DNA of 64,000 bases, taken from Chloroflexota bacterium. GTDB taxonomy: Bacteria; Chloroflexota; Limnocylindria; Limnocylindrales; CSP1-4. The position numbers and the translations under genes were made by a program. A model generated the notes under the pieces. That model did not search any database and was not told where the DNA came from. It saw only the letters and a program-made list of their open reading frames with translations. The DNA lies in assembly GCA_046045415.1 (NCBI GenBank), contig JBJOLT010000018.1, positions 15,986 through 79,985 of the forward strand, given 5' to 3'. Each line of letters starts with the position of its first letter. Within the stretch, counting starts at the first letter, position 1. Positions 16,761-26,138 of the stretch are shown here, one piece after another.

Positions 16761-18515
16761 ATGGGCGCGAAGAAGGAGGCGAGGCGCGGGGGGCAGGCGT
16801 CGGGCTCGGCAGCGGACGCCGCGCCCGGGTCGAGCGCCGTGCCCGGTTCGACCGCCGCGCCCGGTTCGGCCGACCGTCTCGCCTCCCGCGACCGCTCGAC
16901 CGGCAGGGTCCTCGGCTCCGTCCCGCGCTCCACCCCGGACGAGGTCCGCGCGGCGGTCGCCGCGGCCGGGGTCGCCGCCGCCGCATGGCGCGAGTCGTCG
17001 CTCCGCGAGCGGCTCGTCGTCCTCCGCCGGCTCCGCGGCCTCGTCCTCGACCGGGCCGACGAGCTCGCCGAGCTCGTCTCGGCCGAGACGGGGAAGACCG
17101 TGACCGAGGCGGTCCCGAGCGAGATCGCCGTCGTCCTCGAGACGGCCGCCTGGCTCGAGCGCGAGGCACCCCGCCACCTCGCCCCGATCGACGCCGGGAC
17201 GCGCCAGCTCTTCTTCCTCGGCCGATCCCACCGGCTCGTCCTCGAGCCGCTCGGGGTCGTCGCCGCGATCACGCCGTTCAACTACCCGCTCCCCGTCGCC
17301 TCGGCGGCGCTCCTCTTCAACCTCGTCGCGGGGAACGGCGTCGTCTGGAAGCCCTCGTCGCTCACGCCGCTCACCGCCGAGCGCTTCCGCGCGCTCCTCG
17401 TCGACGCGGGGGTCCCTGCCGATCTCGTCCCGACCGTCCACGGAGGGAGCGTCGTCGGCGAGGCGCTCGTGACCGCCCCGGGGATCGCGAAGGTCTTCTT
17501 CACCGGCTCGGAGGCCGTCGGCCGCCGGGTGATGGCGCTCGCGTCGGCCGCCCCGGTCGGGCCGCGGCCGGTCGTCCTCGAGCTCGGCGGGAAGGACGCG
17601 ATGCTCGTCCTCGCGGACGCCGACCTCGAACGGGCGGCGGGCGGCGCGCTCTGGGCCGGCTTCAACAACGCCGGCCAGACGTGCGCGAGCGTGAAGCGGC
17701 TCTACGTCGCGGAGTCCGTCGCCGCCGAGCTGGAGCGCCGGCTCGTCGCGCGGGCGATCCATCTCCGGCCCGGCGACCCCGGGCGGCCTGCGACGCAGCT
17801 CGGGACGATGGCCGACCGGTCGAGCCGGGACCGGGTCGTCGAGCTCGTGGAGGACGCCGTCGCCCGCGGAGGCCGGCTCGTCGTCGGCGGCTCGCCGCTC
17901 GATCCCGCCCACCCCGACCTCGCCGGCGCGTACGAGGCGACGATCCTCGCCGACGTCCCGCCGGACGCGCGGATCTGGCGTGAGGAGCTCTTCGGCCCCG
18001 TCATCACGCTCGCGCCGTTCCGGGACGAGGAGGAGGCGATCCGTCTCGCGAACGAGAGCGACTACGGGCTGACCGCCTCGGTCTGGAGCCGGGACCTCGA
18101 CCGCGCCCGGGCGATCGCCGCCCGGCTCGAGGCCGGCTCGGTGACGGTGAACGACCACCTCTCGTCGGCCGGGGCGAGCCAACTCGCGTGGGCCGGCCGG
18201 AAGGGGTCCGGCTTCGGGATGACCCGGAGCCGCTTCGGGCTCTGGGAGTGCTGCCACGTCAAGTCGGTCGCCGTGGACCCGGGCTGGTGGGATCCGCCGT
18301 GGTGGCACCCCTACGACGCGCACCTCCGGCGCGGCTTCCTCGCCGGGCTCGGGGCGCTCTACGCGCCGGGGCTCGGCGGCCGTCTCCGCTGGCTCGTTCG
18401 TGGGCTCCCGTCGCTTCTCGTCGTAGGAAGGCGACTCCTCCGGAGTGTCACTAGGGCACCTTCCCTACCCCCGGACCCCACCATCGGCTCTCGACGGGAC
18501 GACCCCGCGGCGTAG
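16761..18515 (+). CDS. Aldehyde dehydrogenase family protein with N- and C-terminal extensions
   Basis: ALDH core motifs (VLELGGKDA, NAGQTCASVKRLYV, EELFGPVI). Carries a ~40-aa low-complexity N-terminal and ~50-aa C-terminal extension; the true start may be downstream of 16761. Confidence 0.85.
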   Translation: MGAKKEARRGGQASGSAADAAPGSSAVPGSTAAPGSADRLASRDRSTGRVLGSVPRSTPDEVRAAVAAAGVAAAAWRESSLRERLVVLRRLRGLVLDRADELAELVSAETGKTVTEAVPSEIAVVLETAAWLEREAPRHLAPIDAGTRQLFFLGRSHRLVLEPLGVVAAITPFNYPLPVASAALLFNLVAGNGVVWKPSSLTPLTAERFRALLVDAGVPADLVPTVHGGSVVGEALVTAPGIAKVFFTGSEAVGRRVMALASAAPVGPRPVVLELGGKDAMLVLADADLERAAGGALWAGFNNAGQTCASVKRLYVAESVAAELERRLVARAIHLRPGDPGRPATQLGTMADRSSRDRVVELVEDAVARGGRLVVGGSPLDPAHPDLAGAYEATILADVPPDARIWREELFGPVITLAPFRDEEEAIRLANESDYGLTASVWSRDLDRARAIAARLEAGSVTVNDHLSSAGASQLAWAGRKGSGFGMTRSRFGLWECCHVKSVAVDPGWWDPPWWHPYDAHLRRGFLAGLGALYAPGLGGRLRWLVRGLPSLLVVGRRLLRSVTRAPSLPPDPTIGSRRDDPAA

Positions 18516-18663
18516 GATTGACGGAAGCGGCCGTCGGTCCGACCGGCGGTGCGGCGGGGCAACCGAACACGTCCGTCGGCGGTCCCGCCGATAGTCGGGC
18601 CCGGCACCCGGCTGTATAACTGAACCCTTGTCTCGCGTCTCCGACATCCGGAAGGGGTCCTCG

Positions 18664-19149
18664 GTGGTTCCGATCACGGTGGGGGTCGCCAGCCCGCGTG
18701 GCTCGATCGCCTACGACAGCCTCTCTCGTTCGCTCCTCGCGAGCCGCGGCGTCTACGCGGTCGTCGGCGTCAGCCCGGACACCGGGACGGTCGACGCGCA
18801 CCGCGGCGTCGCGGTGATCGTCGGCGTCGTCCTCGAGCGGACCGACGTCGCCTGGATCCGCCGGCTCCGCGGCAACGGCGACGCCACCCCGATCATCGCC
18901 GTCTGCCGCCCGAGCGTCGCCCGCTACGCGGTCGCCGCCGGCGCGACCGGCATCCTCGGGGTCGACGACGACCGGCTCGACCTCGAGCGCGCGGTCGCCG
19001 CCTGCGCCGTCGGTGGCCGGTGGATCCCCGCCGGCCTCGAGCGAGGCCCGGTGGTCGAGGAGGGCATCCCGGTCGCCGAGGTCGAGGAGGCCGACGGGGC
19101 CGAGATCGCCGAGATCGTCGCCCTCGCCCGGGCGCGCGCGAGCGCCTGA
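18664..19149 (+). CDS. Hypothetical protein with degenerate receiver (CheY-like)-type beta/alpha pattern
   Basis: Tracked ORF starts at TTG 18628. A GTG at 18664 has GGAAGGGG 6 nt upstream. Alternating hydrophobic beta-strand-like blocks (VVGV, VAVIVGVV, PIIAVC, GILGVDD). No confident family. Confidence 0.35.
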   Translation: MVPITVGVASPRGSIAYDSLSRSLLASRGVYAVVGVSPDTGTVDAHRGVAVIVGVVLERTDVAWIRRLRGNGDATPIIAVCRPSVARYAVAAGATGILGVDDDRLDLERAVAACAVGGRWIPAGLERGPVVEEGIPVAEVEEADGAEIAEIVALARARASA

Positions 19150-20168
19150 GCCAGGGGCCGCCGACGACCTCGCGCGTCGAGCTCCTCGAGATCGCGGGCC
19201 GGGAAGTCCGCGTCACCAATCCGGAGAAGGTCTTCTTCCCCCGGGCTGGGTACACGAAGCTCGACCTCGTCCACTACTACCTCGCCGTCGCCGACGGCGC
19301 GCTCCGGGGGGTCGCCGGTCGGCCGATGGCGCTGAAGCGCTACGTCGACGGCGCCGAGGGGGAGCCCTTCTTCCAGAAGCGCGCCCCCGCATCGCGCCCC
19401 GGCTGGACCGAGACGATCGAACTCTCCTTCCCCTCCGGCCGGACCGCGGACGAGATCGTCGTCCGCGACGCCGCGCAGCTCGTCTGGGTCGTCAATCTCG
19501 GCTGCATCGACCTCAACCCCCACCCGGTGCGCGCCGACGACCTCGACCACCCCGACGAGCTCCGGGTCGACCTCGATCCCGTGCCGGGCGTGGCGTGGCC
19601 GCAGATCCGGACCGTCGCCGGCGTCGTCCGCGAGGTCCTCGACGACGCCGGGCTCGTCGGCTGGCCGAAGACCTCGGGCTCGCGCGGGATCCACGTGAAC
19701 GTGCGGATCGAGCGGCGCTGGGGTTTCGGGGAGGTCCGCCGCGCCGCGGTCGCGCTCGCCCGGGAGGTCGAGCGCCGCGCCCCGTCCCTCGCCACCTCGA
19801 AGTGGTGGAAGGAGGAACGGCACGGCGTCTTCATCGACTACAACCAGAACGCGAAGGACCGGACGGTCGCCTCCGCCTACTCGGTCCGCCCGACCCCGGA
19901 CGCCCGGGTCTCGACGCCGTTCGCGTGGGCGGATCTCGACGCGATCGAGCCCGCCGACCTCACGCTCGCGACCGTCCCGGCGCGGTTCGCGGCGATCGGG
20001 GACCCCGCGGCCGGGATCGACCGGGCCGCCGGGTCGCTCGAGCGGCTCCTCGAGCTCGCCGAGCGTGACGAGGCGGCCGGCCTCGGCGACGCGCCATGGC
20101 CGCCGCAGTACGCGAAGGCGCCCGGCGAACCGCCGCGCGTCCAGCCGTCCCGACGCCGCGGGGCGTGA
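19146..20168 (+). CDS. NHEJ DNA polymerase/primase, LigD polymerase-domain protein (stand-alone PolDom)
   Basis: VRVTNPEKVFFPRAGYTKLDLVHYYLAVA...KRYVDGAEGEPFFQK...SGSRGIHVNVRI matches the LigD Pol domain. No ATG/GTG in frame near the conserved N-terminus. Either CTG at 19146 (overlapping the upstream stop as CTGA) or the far upstream ATG at 19020 with an Arg-rich extension. Start uncertain. Confidence 0.72.
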   Translation: MSQGPPTTSRVELLEIAGREVRVTNPEKVFFPRAGYTKLDLVHYYLAVADGALRGVAGRPMALKRYVDGAEGEPFFQKRAPASRPGWTETIELSFPSGRTADEIVVRDAAQLVWVVNLGCIDLNPHPVRADDLDHPDELRVDLDPVPGVAWPQIRTVAGVVREVLDDAGLVGWPKTSGSRGIHVNVRIERRWGFGEVRRAAVALAREVERRAPSLATSKWWKEERHGVFIDYNQNAKDRTVASAYSVRPTPDARVSTPFAWADLDAIEPADLTLATVPARFAAIGDPAAGIDRAAGSLERLLELAERDEAAGLGDAPWPPQYAKAPGEPPRVQPSRRRGA

Positions 20169-20199
20169 GCGGCGCCGGGATCGGGCACCGCCCGGCTCG

Positions 20200-21372
20200 T
20201 CAGGGACCCGTGCGGCCCAGCGGCGACGGGGGCGGGGCGGCGGCCGACGCCGCGATCCCGACAAGCTTCCCCACGATCCGGTCCGGCGACCAGCGCCACT
20301 GGTTCGTCGTCACCGCGATCGCGATGCCGAGCTCCGGGAAGTAGCGCATCGAGGCCCACGTCCCGACGAGCCGGCCGCTGTGGCCGACCGCCGCGAACCC
20401 GCCGAGCCGGTCCCGCCGGACGCCGAGACCGTAGACGCTCGTCACACCGCCGGTCGCGCTCGACGCGTCCTGCATCGCGGCGACGAGCTCGGTCGGCAGG
20501 ACCTCGCCGCCGAAGAGGGCCCGCGCCCACCGGGCGAGGTCCCAGGCGGAGGCAGCCATCGCGCCCGCCGCCCACGCCGCGGTCGTCACCGACGTGAAGG
20601 GGACGATCCCGCTCCCGTCCACCTGGTCCACCGCCGGTGCGCTTCGGAGCGTGGAGGCGAACGTGTACGCGTGCGCGACCGGGAGGCGCGGCGCCTCCGC
20701 CCCCTGGAGGACGACGCTCGAGAGCCTGAGCGGCTCGAGGAAGCGGTCCCGGAGGAGCGTCGCGAGGGGAAGGCCGGTCGCCCGCTCCGCGATCAGCCCA
20801 AGGAGGAGGTAGTTCGTGTTGGAGTAGGCCCAGCCGTTCCCGGGAAGGAAGTAGGGCGAGCGCGCGTACGAGAGCGCCCGCTCCGGCGTCCACGCCGTCC
20901 GCTTCGCGCTTCTGAGGGCGCGGTCGATCGCCGAGTTCGAGAAGTAGTCGTGGAGCCCGCTCGTGTGGCTGAGGAGCTGCCGGATCGTCACGGCGCCCGG
21001 GATCGTCAGCTCCGGGACCCACGGGGCGGCGGAGTCGTCGAGCGTCAGCCGCCCTTCCGCGACGAGCTGGAGGATCAGTGCCGCGACGAACGTCTTCGTG
21101 ACGCTCCCGACGGCGAACGGGGTCGAGCGGACCGGGCGGACCCGGCCGCGGAGGTCGGCGAACCCGCCGTTCGCGCTCCATGCCCGGCCGTCCGCGTAGA
21201 TGACCGCCGCCTGGATCCCCGGGATCCCGTACGCGGCCCGGAGCTCCTTCACCGCCGCGGTGAGCGCGGCGCTCGGGACCGGGACGAGGCCGTCCTCGGC
21301 GCGGGCCGTGGCTGCCGCACCCGGGAGGAGCGAGACGGCGAGGAGCGCTGCGAGGAGGGTGCGCCGCTTCAT
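20200..21372 (-). CDS. Secreted serine hydrolase, beta-lactamase/D-Ala-D-Ala carboxypeptidase (class C/PBP) family
   Basis: Signal peptide MKRRTLLAALLAVSLLPGAAA, S-x-x-K motif VGSVTKTF, YSNTNY, and a late HSG-like block. ATG at 21372 overlaps the ligase stop (ATGA). Trimmed from ORF 20200..22587. Confidence 0.85.
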   Translation of the reverse strand: MKRRTLLAALLAVSLLPGAAATARAEDGLVPVPSAALTAAVKELRAAYGIPGIQAAVIYADGRAWSANGGFADLRGRVRPVRSTPFAVGSVTKTFVAALILQLVAEGRLTLDDSAAPWVPELTIPGAVTIRQLLSHTSGLHDYFSNSAIDRALRSAKRTAWTPERALSYARSPYFLPGNGWAYSNTNYLLLGLIAERATGLPLATLLRDRFLEPLRLSSVVLQGAEAPRLPVAHAYTFASTLRSAPAVDQVDGSGIVPFTSVTTAAWAAGAMAASAWDLARWARALFGGEVLPTELVAAMQDASSATGGVTSVYGLGVRRDRLGGFAAVGHSGRLVGTWASMRYFPELGIAIAVTTNQWRWSPDRIVGKLVGIAASAAAPPPSPLGRTGP

Positions 21373-22457
21373 CGGCCGTCGCTCGCGGCGCGCCCGCCGA
21401 GGATCGCCGCGAGCTCGTACGGTGGCGTCGCCTCGAGCTGGTCGTAGCGGCAGTCGGCGGGGGAGCGGTCCGGTCGCCAGCGTCGGAACGTCGTCGCGTG
21501 GCGGAAGCGGTCGCCCTGGAGGTGGTCGTACGCGACCTCGCAGACCCGCTCCGGCCGGAGGGGCTCCCACGAGAGGTCGCGGTCCCGCGTCCAGCGGCTC
21601 GTCCCGCCCGGCACGCGGCCGCCCGTCGCCGCCGCCCCGTCGCCGAGCCACGGGTGGCCGGCCACCGCGCCATCCCGGAGCGGCGCCAGCTCCCCGGCGA
21701 GCGCCTCTCGCTCCGCGATCGAGAACGACGAGGTGACGCCGACGTGGTGGAGCGTCCCGGCCGCGTCGCGGAGCCCGAGGAGGAGCGAGCCGACGAGTCG
21801 CTCCGGCCCCTTCGCGTGCCAGCGGAAGCCGGCGACGACGCAGTCCGCGGTCCGGACATGCTTCACCTTCGTCATCGCCCGGGCGCCGGGCCGGTACGTG
21901 CCGTCGAGGCGCTTCGCGACGACCCCGTCGAGCCCCGCCCCCTCGAACCGCGAGAACCAGTCCGCGGCGACGGCGGGGTCCCGCGTCGCGGGGGTGAGAT
22001 GGACCGGCGGGCGCGCGTCGGAGAGGAGCGTCTCGAGCCGCTCGCGCCGCACCTCGAGCGGGCGGTCCGTCAGGTCCTCGTCGCCGAGCGCGAGGAGATC
22101 CCACGCGACGAACGCGGCCGGGGTCTCCGCCGCGAGCCGGGCGACCCGGGAGGCGGCGGGGTGGATCCGCGCGAGGAGGGCGTCGAAGTCGAGGCCGCGC
22201 GGGCCCGCGATGACGATCTCCCCGTCGAGGACGACACGCCCGGGGAGCGCGTCGCGGAGCGGTGCGCCGAGCTCCGGGAAGTAGCGGTCGAGCGGCTTGC
22301 GGTCCCGGCTCTGGAGGAGGAGCTCCTCGCCGTCCCGGAAGACGAGCGCCCGGAACCCGTCCCACTTCGGCTCGTAGAGCCAGCCGGGGCCGTCCGGGAT
22401 CGTCTCGGCGGGGGCGGCGAGCATCGGCTCGACCGGCGGGGCGATCGGGAGGCGCAT
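21369..22457 (-). CDS. ATP-dependent DNA ligase (LigD ligase-domain type)
   Basis: Adenylation motif I EPKWDGFRALV, motifs III/IV/V (DGEIVI, FVAWDLL, DGVVAK) and an OB-fold C-terminus. 362 aa. Confidence 0.85.
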   Translation of the reverse strand: MRLPIAPPVEPMLAAPAETIPDGPGWLYEPKWDGFRALVFRDGEELLLQSRDRKPLDRYFPELGAPLRDALPGRVVLDGEIVIAGPRGLDFDALLARIHPAASRVARLAAETPAAFVAWDLLALGDEDLTDRPLEVRRERLETLLSDARPPVHLTPATRDPAVAADWFSRFEGAGLDGVVAKRLDGTYRPGARAMTKVKHVRTADCVVAGFRWHAKGPERLVGSLLLGLRDAAGTLHHVGVTSSFSIAEREALAGELAPLRDGAVAGHPWLGDGAAATGGRVPGGTSRWTRDRDLSWEPLRPERVCEVAYDHLQGDRFRHATTFRRWRPDRSPADCRYDQLEATPPYELAAILGGRAASDGR

Positions 22458-22570
22458 CGGCGAGACGGTAGCATCGGGGGAACCGGAGCGGGTCCGCCGC
22501 CGTCATCCGCTTGTCGGCCATCGGAGCCGATGCCGCAGCCGACGCCGCAGCCGAACGAGGGGTGCACGAG

Positions 22571-23554
22571 ATGACAGAGCCGCTCATCCAGACCGAGGGC
22601 AGGCCCGCCCGGTCCGTCCCGGGGGTCCGCCCGGCGCGTCTCGCGGTCCTCGCCGCCGTCGTCGCGCTCCTCCTCGCCGCGTGCGGAGGTGCCGCGACGA
22701 TGGACCCGTCGGTCGGCGCGCCCGACGTGGGGACGGCACCGGAGGTCGCGCCCGTCGCCGAGGGCGGCGGGGCGGGGAGGCCGGCCGACGGGTCCGTGAC
22801 GACGGCCTACGACCCGGGTGGTGCCGGTGCCGAGCTGAAGGTGATCAAGACCGGCTCCGTGACGCTCGAGGTCGATTCGATCGAGGCGTCGGTCGAGGCC
22901 GCCCGGGTCGCGATCGACGGTCTCGGCGGCTACGTCGCGGCCACGCAGATCTCGAACAACCCCGGCTACACGTTCGCGTCCATCACCTACCGGATCCCGG
23001 CGGACCGCTGGGACGAGGCGCTCGCGGCGCTCCGCGGCATCGCGCGCGAGGTGCTCGACGAGCAGACCGGGATCGTCGAGGTGACCGCGCAGGTCGTCGA
23101 CCTCGAGGCGCGGCTCCGGAACCTGAAGGCGACGGAGACGCAGCTCCTCGCGATCCTCGAGAAGGCGACCCGGATCACCGACATCCTCGAGGTGCAGGTC
23201 CAGCTGACCGACGTCCGCGGCCAGATCGAGTCGCTCACCGCGGAGCTCGGCCGCCTCGAGGATCAGGTGGCGCTCGGGACGCTCACCGTCCAGTACACGC
23301 TCCCGGTCGTCGCCGTCGAGGAGGCGACCGAGGGGTGGGACGTCGGGAAGATCGTCGACGGAGCGGTCGCGGCGCTCATCGGGCTCGGGCAGGGGCTCGT
23401 CGCGCTCGCGATCTGGCTCGTCGTCGTCGCGCTTCCCGTCGTCGTCGTCGGGTCGCTCCTCCTCGCGGTCGCCGGCCGGGTCGGTCGCCGGCTCGGGATC
23501 CGGCTCCCGTCGCTCCGCCTCCCGTCGCTCCGGCGCCGGCCGCCCGCCGCGTAG
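22571..23554 (+). CDS. DUF4349 domain-containing lipoprotein-like protein
   Basis: Signal/lipobox LLLAACGG, a coiled-coil DUF4349-like middle (LEARLRNLKATETQLLAILEKA) and a C-terminal TM segment. ATG at 22571. Confidence 0.65.
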   Translation: MTEPLIQTEGRPARSVPGVRPARLAVLAAVVALLLAACGGAATMDPSVGAPDVGTAPEVAPVAEGGGAGRPADGSVTTAYDPGGAGAELKVIKTGSVTLEVDSIEASVEAARVAIDGLGGYVAATQISNNPGYTFASITYRIPADRWDEALAALRGIAREVLDEQTGIVEVTAQVVDLEARLRNLKATETQLLAILEKATRITDILEVQVQLTDVRGQIESLTAELGRLEDQVALGTLTVQYTLPVVAVEEATEGWDVGKIVDGAVAALIGLGQGLVALAIWLVVVALPVVVVGSLLLAVAGRVGRRLGIRLPSLRLPSLRRRPPAA

Positions 23555-23589
23555 CGGCACGCGTCCCGGCCGGTGGCACGATAGGCGCG

Positions 23590-24459
23590 ATGGGGACGAT
23601 CGCCGGCCGATACGACGCTGCCGCCGAGGCGTACGAGACCTGGTGGGCGCCGGTCCTCCGGCCGAGCGCCCTCTGCCTCCTCGACCTCGCCGAGCCGCTG
23701 CCGCGCGGCGGCACCGCGACGATCCTCGACGTCGGGACGGGGAGCGGCACGCTCGCGCTCGCGGCGATCCGACGGTGGCCGCGCGCACGCGCGGTCGGCA
23801 TCGACGGGTCGCGCGGGATGCTCGGGGCGGCCGAGGCCGCGGCGGCGTCGCTCCCCCCCGCCGACCGGCGCCGGCTCTCGCTCGTCGAGGGGCTCGCGGA
23901 GCGGATCCCGCTCGACGACGGGAGCGTCGACGTCGTCGTCTCGTCCTTCGTCCTCCAGCTCGTACCGAGCCGGGCGCGCGCCCTCGCGGAGGCGCGGCGG
24001 GTCCTCGTCCCCGGTGGGACGCTCGCGTTCGTGACGTGGCGCGCGACCGACGGGCCGGTCTTCGGGCCGGACGACGTCTTCTACGAGGTCCTCGACGACC
24101 TCGGCATCCCCGACGAGCTCGAGGCGGAGGAGGCCCGCACCGGGGATCCGGTGTCGGCCGCCGCGGCAGTCGCGCAGGTCCGGCGCGCCGGCTTCCGGGA
24201 CGTGACCGGCCACGAGGAGCTCCTCGTCCACCGGTACGACCCGGCGGCCTACCCGCGCTTCCTCGAGGAGTACGCGGAGCGCGAGACGTTCGAGGGGCTC
24301 GAGCCGGCGGTCGCCGCCGAGGTCCGTGCGCTCGCGACGGAGCGGCTCGCGGAGCTCGCACGCCGGGATCCGGACGCGTTCGTCTGGCGCTCGCCGATCG
24401 TGTACGTGCGGGGGACGAGACCCCCGGCGCCGCGTCCCGGACGCGGGGGCGGGCGCTAG
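23590..24459 (+). CDS. Class I SAM-dependent methyltransferase
   Basis: Motif I ILDVGTGSGTLAL and post-I acidic loop. 289 aa from ATG 23590; tracked ORF 22681.. is over-extended. Confidence 0.8.
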   Translation: MGTIAGRYDAAAEAYETWWAPVLRPSALCLLDLAEPLPRGGTATILDVGTGSGTLALAAIRRWPRARAVGIDGSRGMLGAAEAAAASLPPADRRRLSLVEGLAERIPLDDGSVDVVVSSFVLQLVPSRARALAEARRVLVPGGTLAFVTWRATDGPVFGPDDVFYEVLDDLGIPDELEAEEARTGDPVSAAAAVAQVRRAGFRDVTGHEELLVHRYDPAAYPRFLEEYAERETFEGLEPAVAAEVRALATERLAELARRDPDAFVWRSPIVYVRGTRPPAPRPGRGGGR

Positions 24460-25124
24460 CCCTCCTCGCCGCTCCCGCTCTCCGCCTCGGCGGTCGGCGC
24501 GGCCTCGGCGGCGGGGGCCGCCTCCGCGGGCGCCGCCTCGCCGGCGGCAGGCGCCTCCTCGACGCGCGGGGCGAGGACGTGGGCGAGCAGCTCGTCCGGG
24601 TCCGTGAGGAGCGTGACGCCGTCGGGGATCGCGAGGTCGCGGACGTGGAGCCGCGAGTCGAAGTCGACGAGCGAGTCGATCGAGATCTCGATCGACTGCG
24701 GCAGCCGGTCGGGGAGCGCCTTCACCTTCACCGACTCGATCGGATGGGCGAGCGTCCCGCCGTTCCGGGCGACGGCGAGCGACTCGCCGGTGAAGGCGAT
24801 CGGCACGTCGACCGTCAGCTCCTCGGACATCCGGACCTGGAAGAGGTCGACGTGGAGCGGCTTCCGGGTCACCGGGTTGACGCCCACCCCGTGGATGAGG
24901 ACCGGCGTCGCCTTCCCGCCGTCGACCGAGAGGTCGATGAGGGCGTTCGGTCCGACCTTTCGGCGGAGGAGCTCGAACTCGTGCGTGTCGAGCGCGACCG
25001 GCCGCGAGTCGACGCCGTGTCCGTAGACGACGCCGGGGAGCCGGCCGTCGCGGCGGAGGTGGGCGACCTTCTTGCCCGTGACCGTGCGGGCGGTCGCGGC
25101 GAGGGTGGGGCGGGTGCTCGACAC
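24456..25124 (-). CDS. rplY: 50S ribosomal protein L25 / general stress protein Ctc
   Basis: TVTGKKVAHLRRDGRLPGVVYGHG N-terminus, L25 beta-barrel core, and a long Ala/Glu-rich C-terminal tail typical of the actinobacterial Ctc form. GTG at 25124 with AGAGGA 5 nt upstream. Confidence 0.82.
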   Translation of the reverse strand: MSSTRPTLAATARTVTGKKVAHLRRDGRLPGVVYGHGVDSRPVALDTHEFELLRRKVGPNALIDLSVDGGKATPVLIHGVGVNPVTRKPLHVDLFQVRMSEELTVDVPIAFTGESLAVARNGGTLAHPIESVKVKALPDRLPQSIEISIDSLVDFDSRLHVRDLAIPDGVTLLTDPDELLAHVLAPRVEEAPAAGEAAPAEAAPAAEAAPTAEAESGSGEEG

Positions 25125-25303
25125 GTCGTGATCCTCTGGTTCGCGGCCGGACGGAAGCCCGGCTGGTGGTCCCGCAGCTCGTCGCTGCGGCCGGTCGCGG
25201 CGGCCGTCGTCGGCGGCGCGCGCCCGCTGGATGGAGCCGGAGGGTACCACGCGCCGCGCCCGCGCCGGAAGGGGCGGGCGACCCGGTGTAGCATCCTCGC
25301 GCC

Positions 25304-26002
25304 ATGGCCGCCACCGTCCTCATCGTCGAAGACGAGTTCGCCGTCGCGCGCGGGATCCAGTACGCGCTCCAGCAGGAGGGCTACGAGGTCGCGGTCGCCC
25401 GCTCCGGCGAGGAGGGGCTCGAGTTCGCCACGAGCCAGGCGCCGGACCTGATCGTCCTCGACGTCCGCCTCCCCGGGATCGACGGCTTCGAGGTCCTCCG
25501 ACGCCTCAGGAGCGCCGGCTCGAAGTCGCCGGTCCTCATGCTCACCGCGCGCGACGACGAGGTGGACAAGGTGATCGGGCTCGAGCTCGGCGCGGACGAC
25601 TACCTGACGAAGCCGTTCGGCCTCCGCGAGCTGATGAGCCGGATCAAGGCGCTGATCCGCCGCGCCTACGGCGACCTCGCCGACGCGGCCGGCGGACGGG
25701 TGATCCGCCACCGGGACCTCGTCATCGACCTCGAGCGCCGTCGCGTCCAGCGCGGCCAGCGCCGGATCGCGCTGACGGCGACCGAGTTCGAGATCCTCCG
25801 TCATCTCGCGAGCCGACCCGGCCGGGTCTACTCGCGGCGCGAGCTCCTCGAGCTGCTCCGCGACTACGAGGCGCTCGACCAGGACGAGAAGACGATCAAC
25901 GTCCACGTCAGCCACCTGCGCGACAAGATCGAGGACGACCCGTCGAGCCCGGCGTTCGTCCTCACGGTCAGGGGAGCGGGCTACGCCTTCGCCGAGCGCT
26001 GA
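25304..26002 (+). CDS. OmpR/PhoB-family response regulator (MprA/CseB-like)
   Basis: Receiver domain (LIVLDVRLPGIDG, phospho-acceptor D) plus a winged-helix effector (INVHVSHLRDKIE...VRGAGYAF). Confidence 0.92.
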   Translation: MAATVLIVEDEFAVARGIQYALQQEGYEVAVARSGEEGLEFATSQAPDLIVLDVRLPGIDGFEVLRRLRSAGSKSPVLMLTARDDEVDKVIGLELGADDYLTKPFGLRELMSRIKALIRRAYGDLADAAGGRVIRHRDLVIDLERRRVQRGQRRIALTATEFEILRHLASRPGRVYSRRELLELLRDYEALDQDEKTINVHVSHLRDKIEDDPSSPAFVLTVRGAGYAFAER

Positions 26003-26138
26003 CCCCGTCGCCCCGGGGCCGGCCGAGGGAGGCGAGCCCGCGGGTGCGCCGGCGCGGCGCGGACGCCGGCCCTTCGCGTGGCTCATCCCACGCTCCTACC
26101 AGGCGCGGCTGACGGTCGCCTTCGTCCTCCTCGTCGCG

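Noticed and set aside
16539-18323. 594-aa minus-strand ORF
   Set aside because: Antisense to the well-supported ALDH (16761..18515). Composition R/G/P/E-rich without motifs.
19020-19145. ATG 19020 as the PolDom start
   Set aside because: Would add a 42-aa Arg/Gly-rich N-terminal extension overlapping the preceding ORF by 130 nt. Retained only as an alternative because no canonical start exists near the conserved N-terminus.
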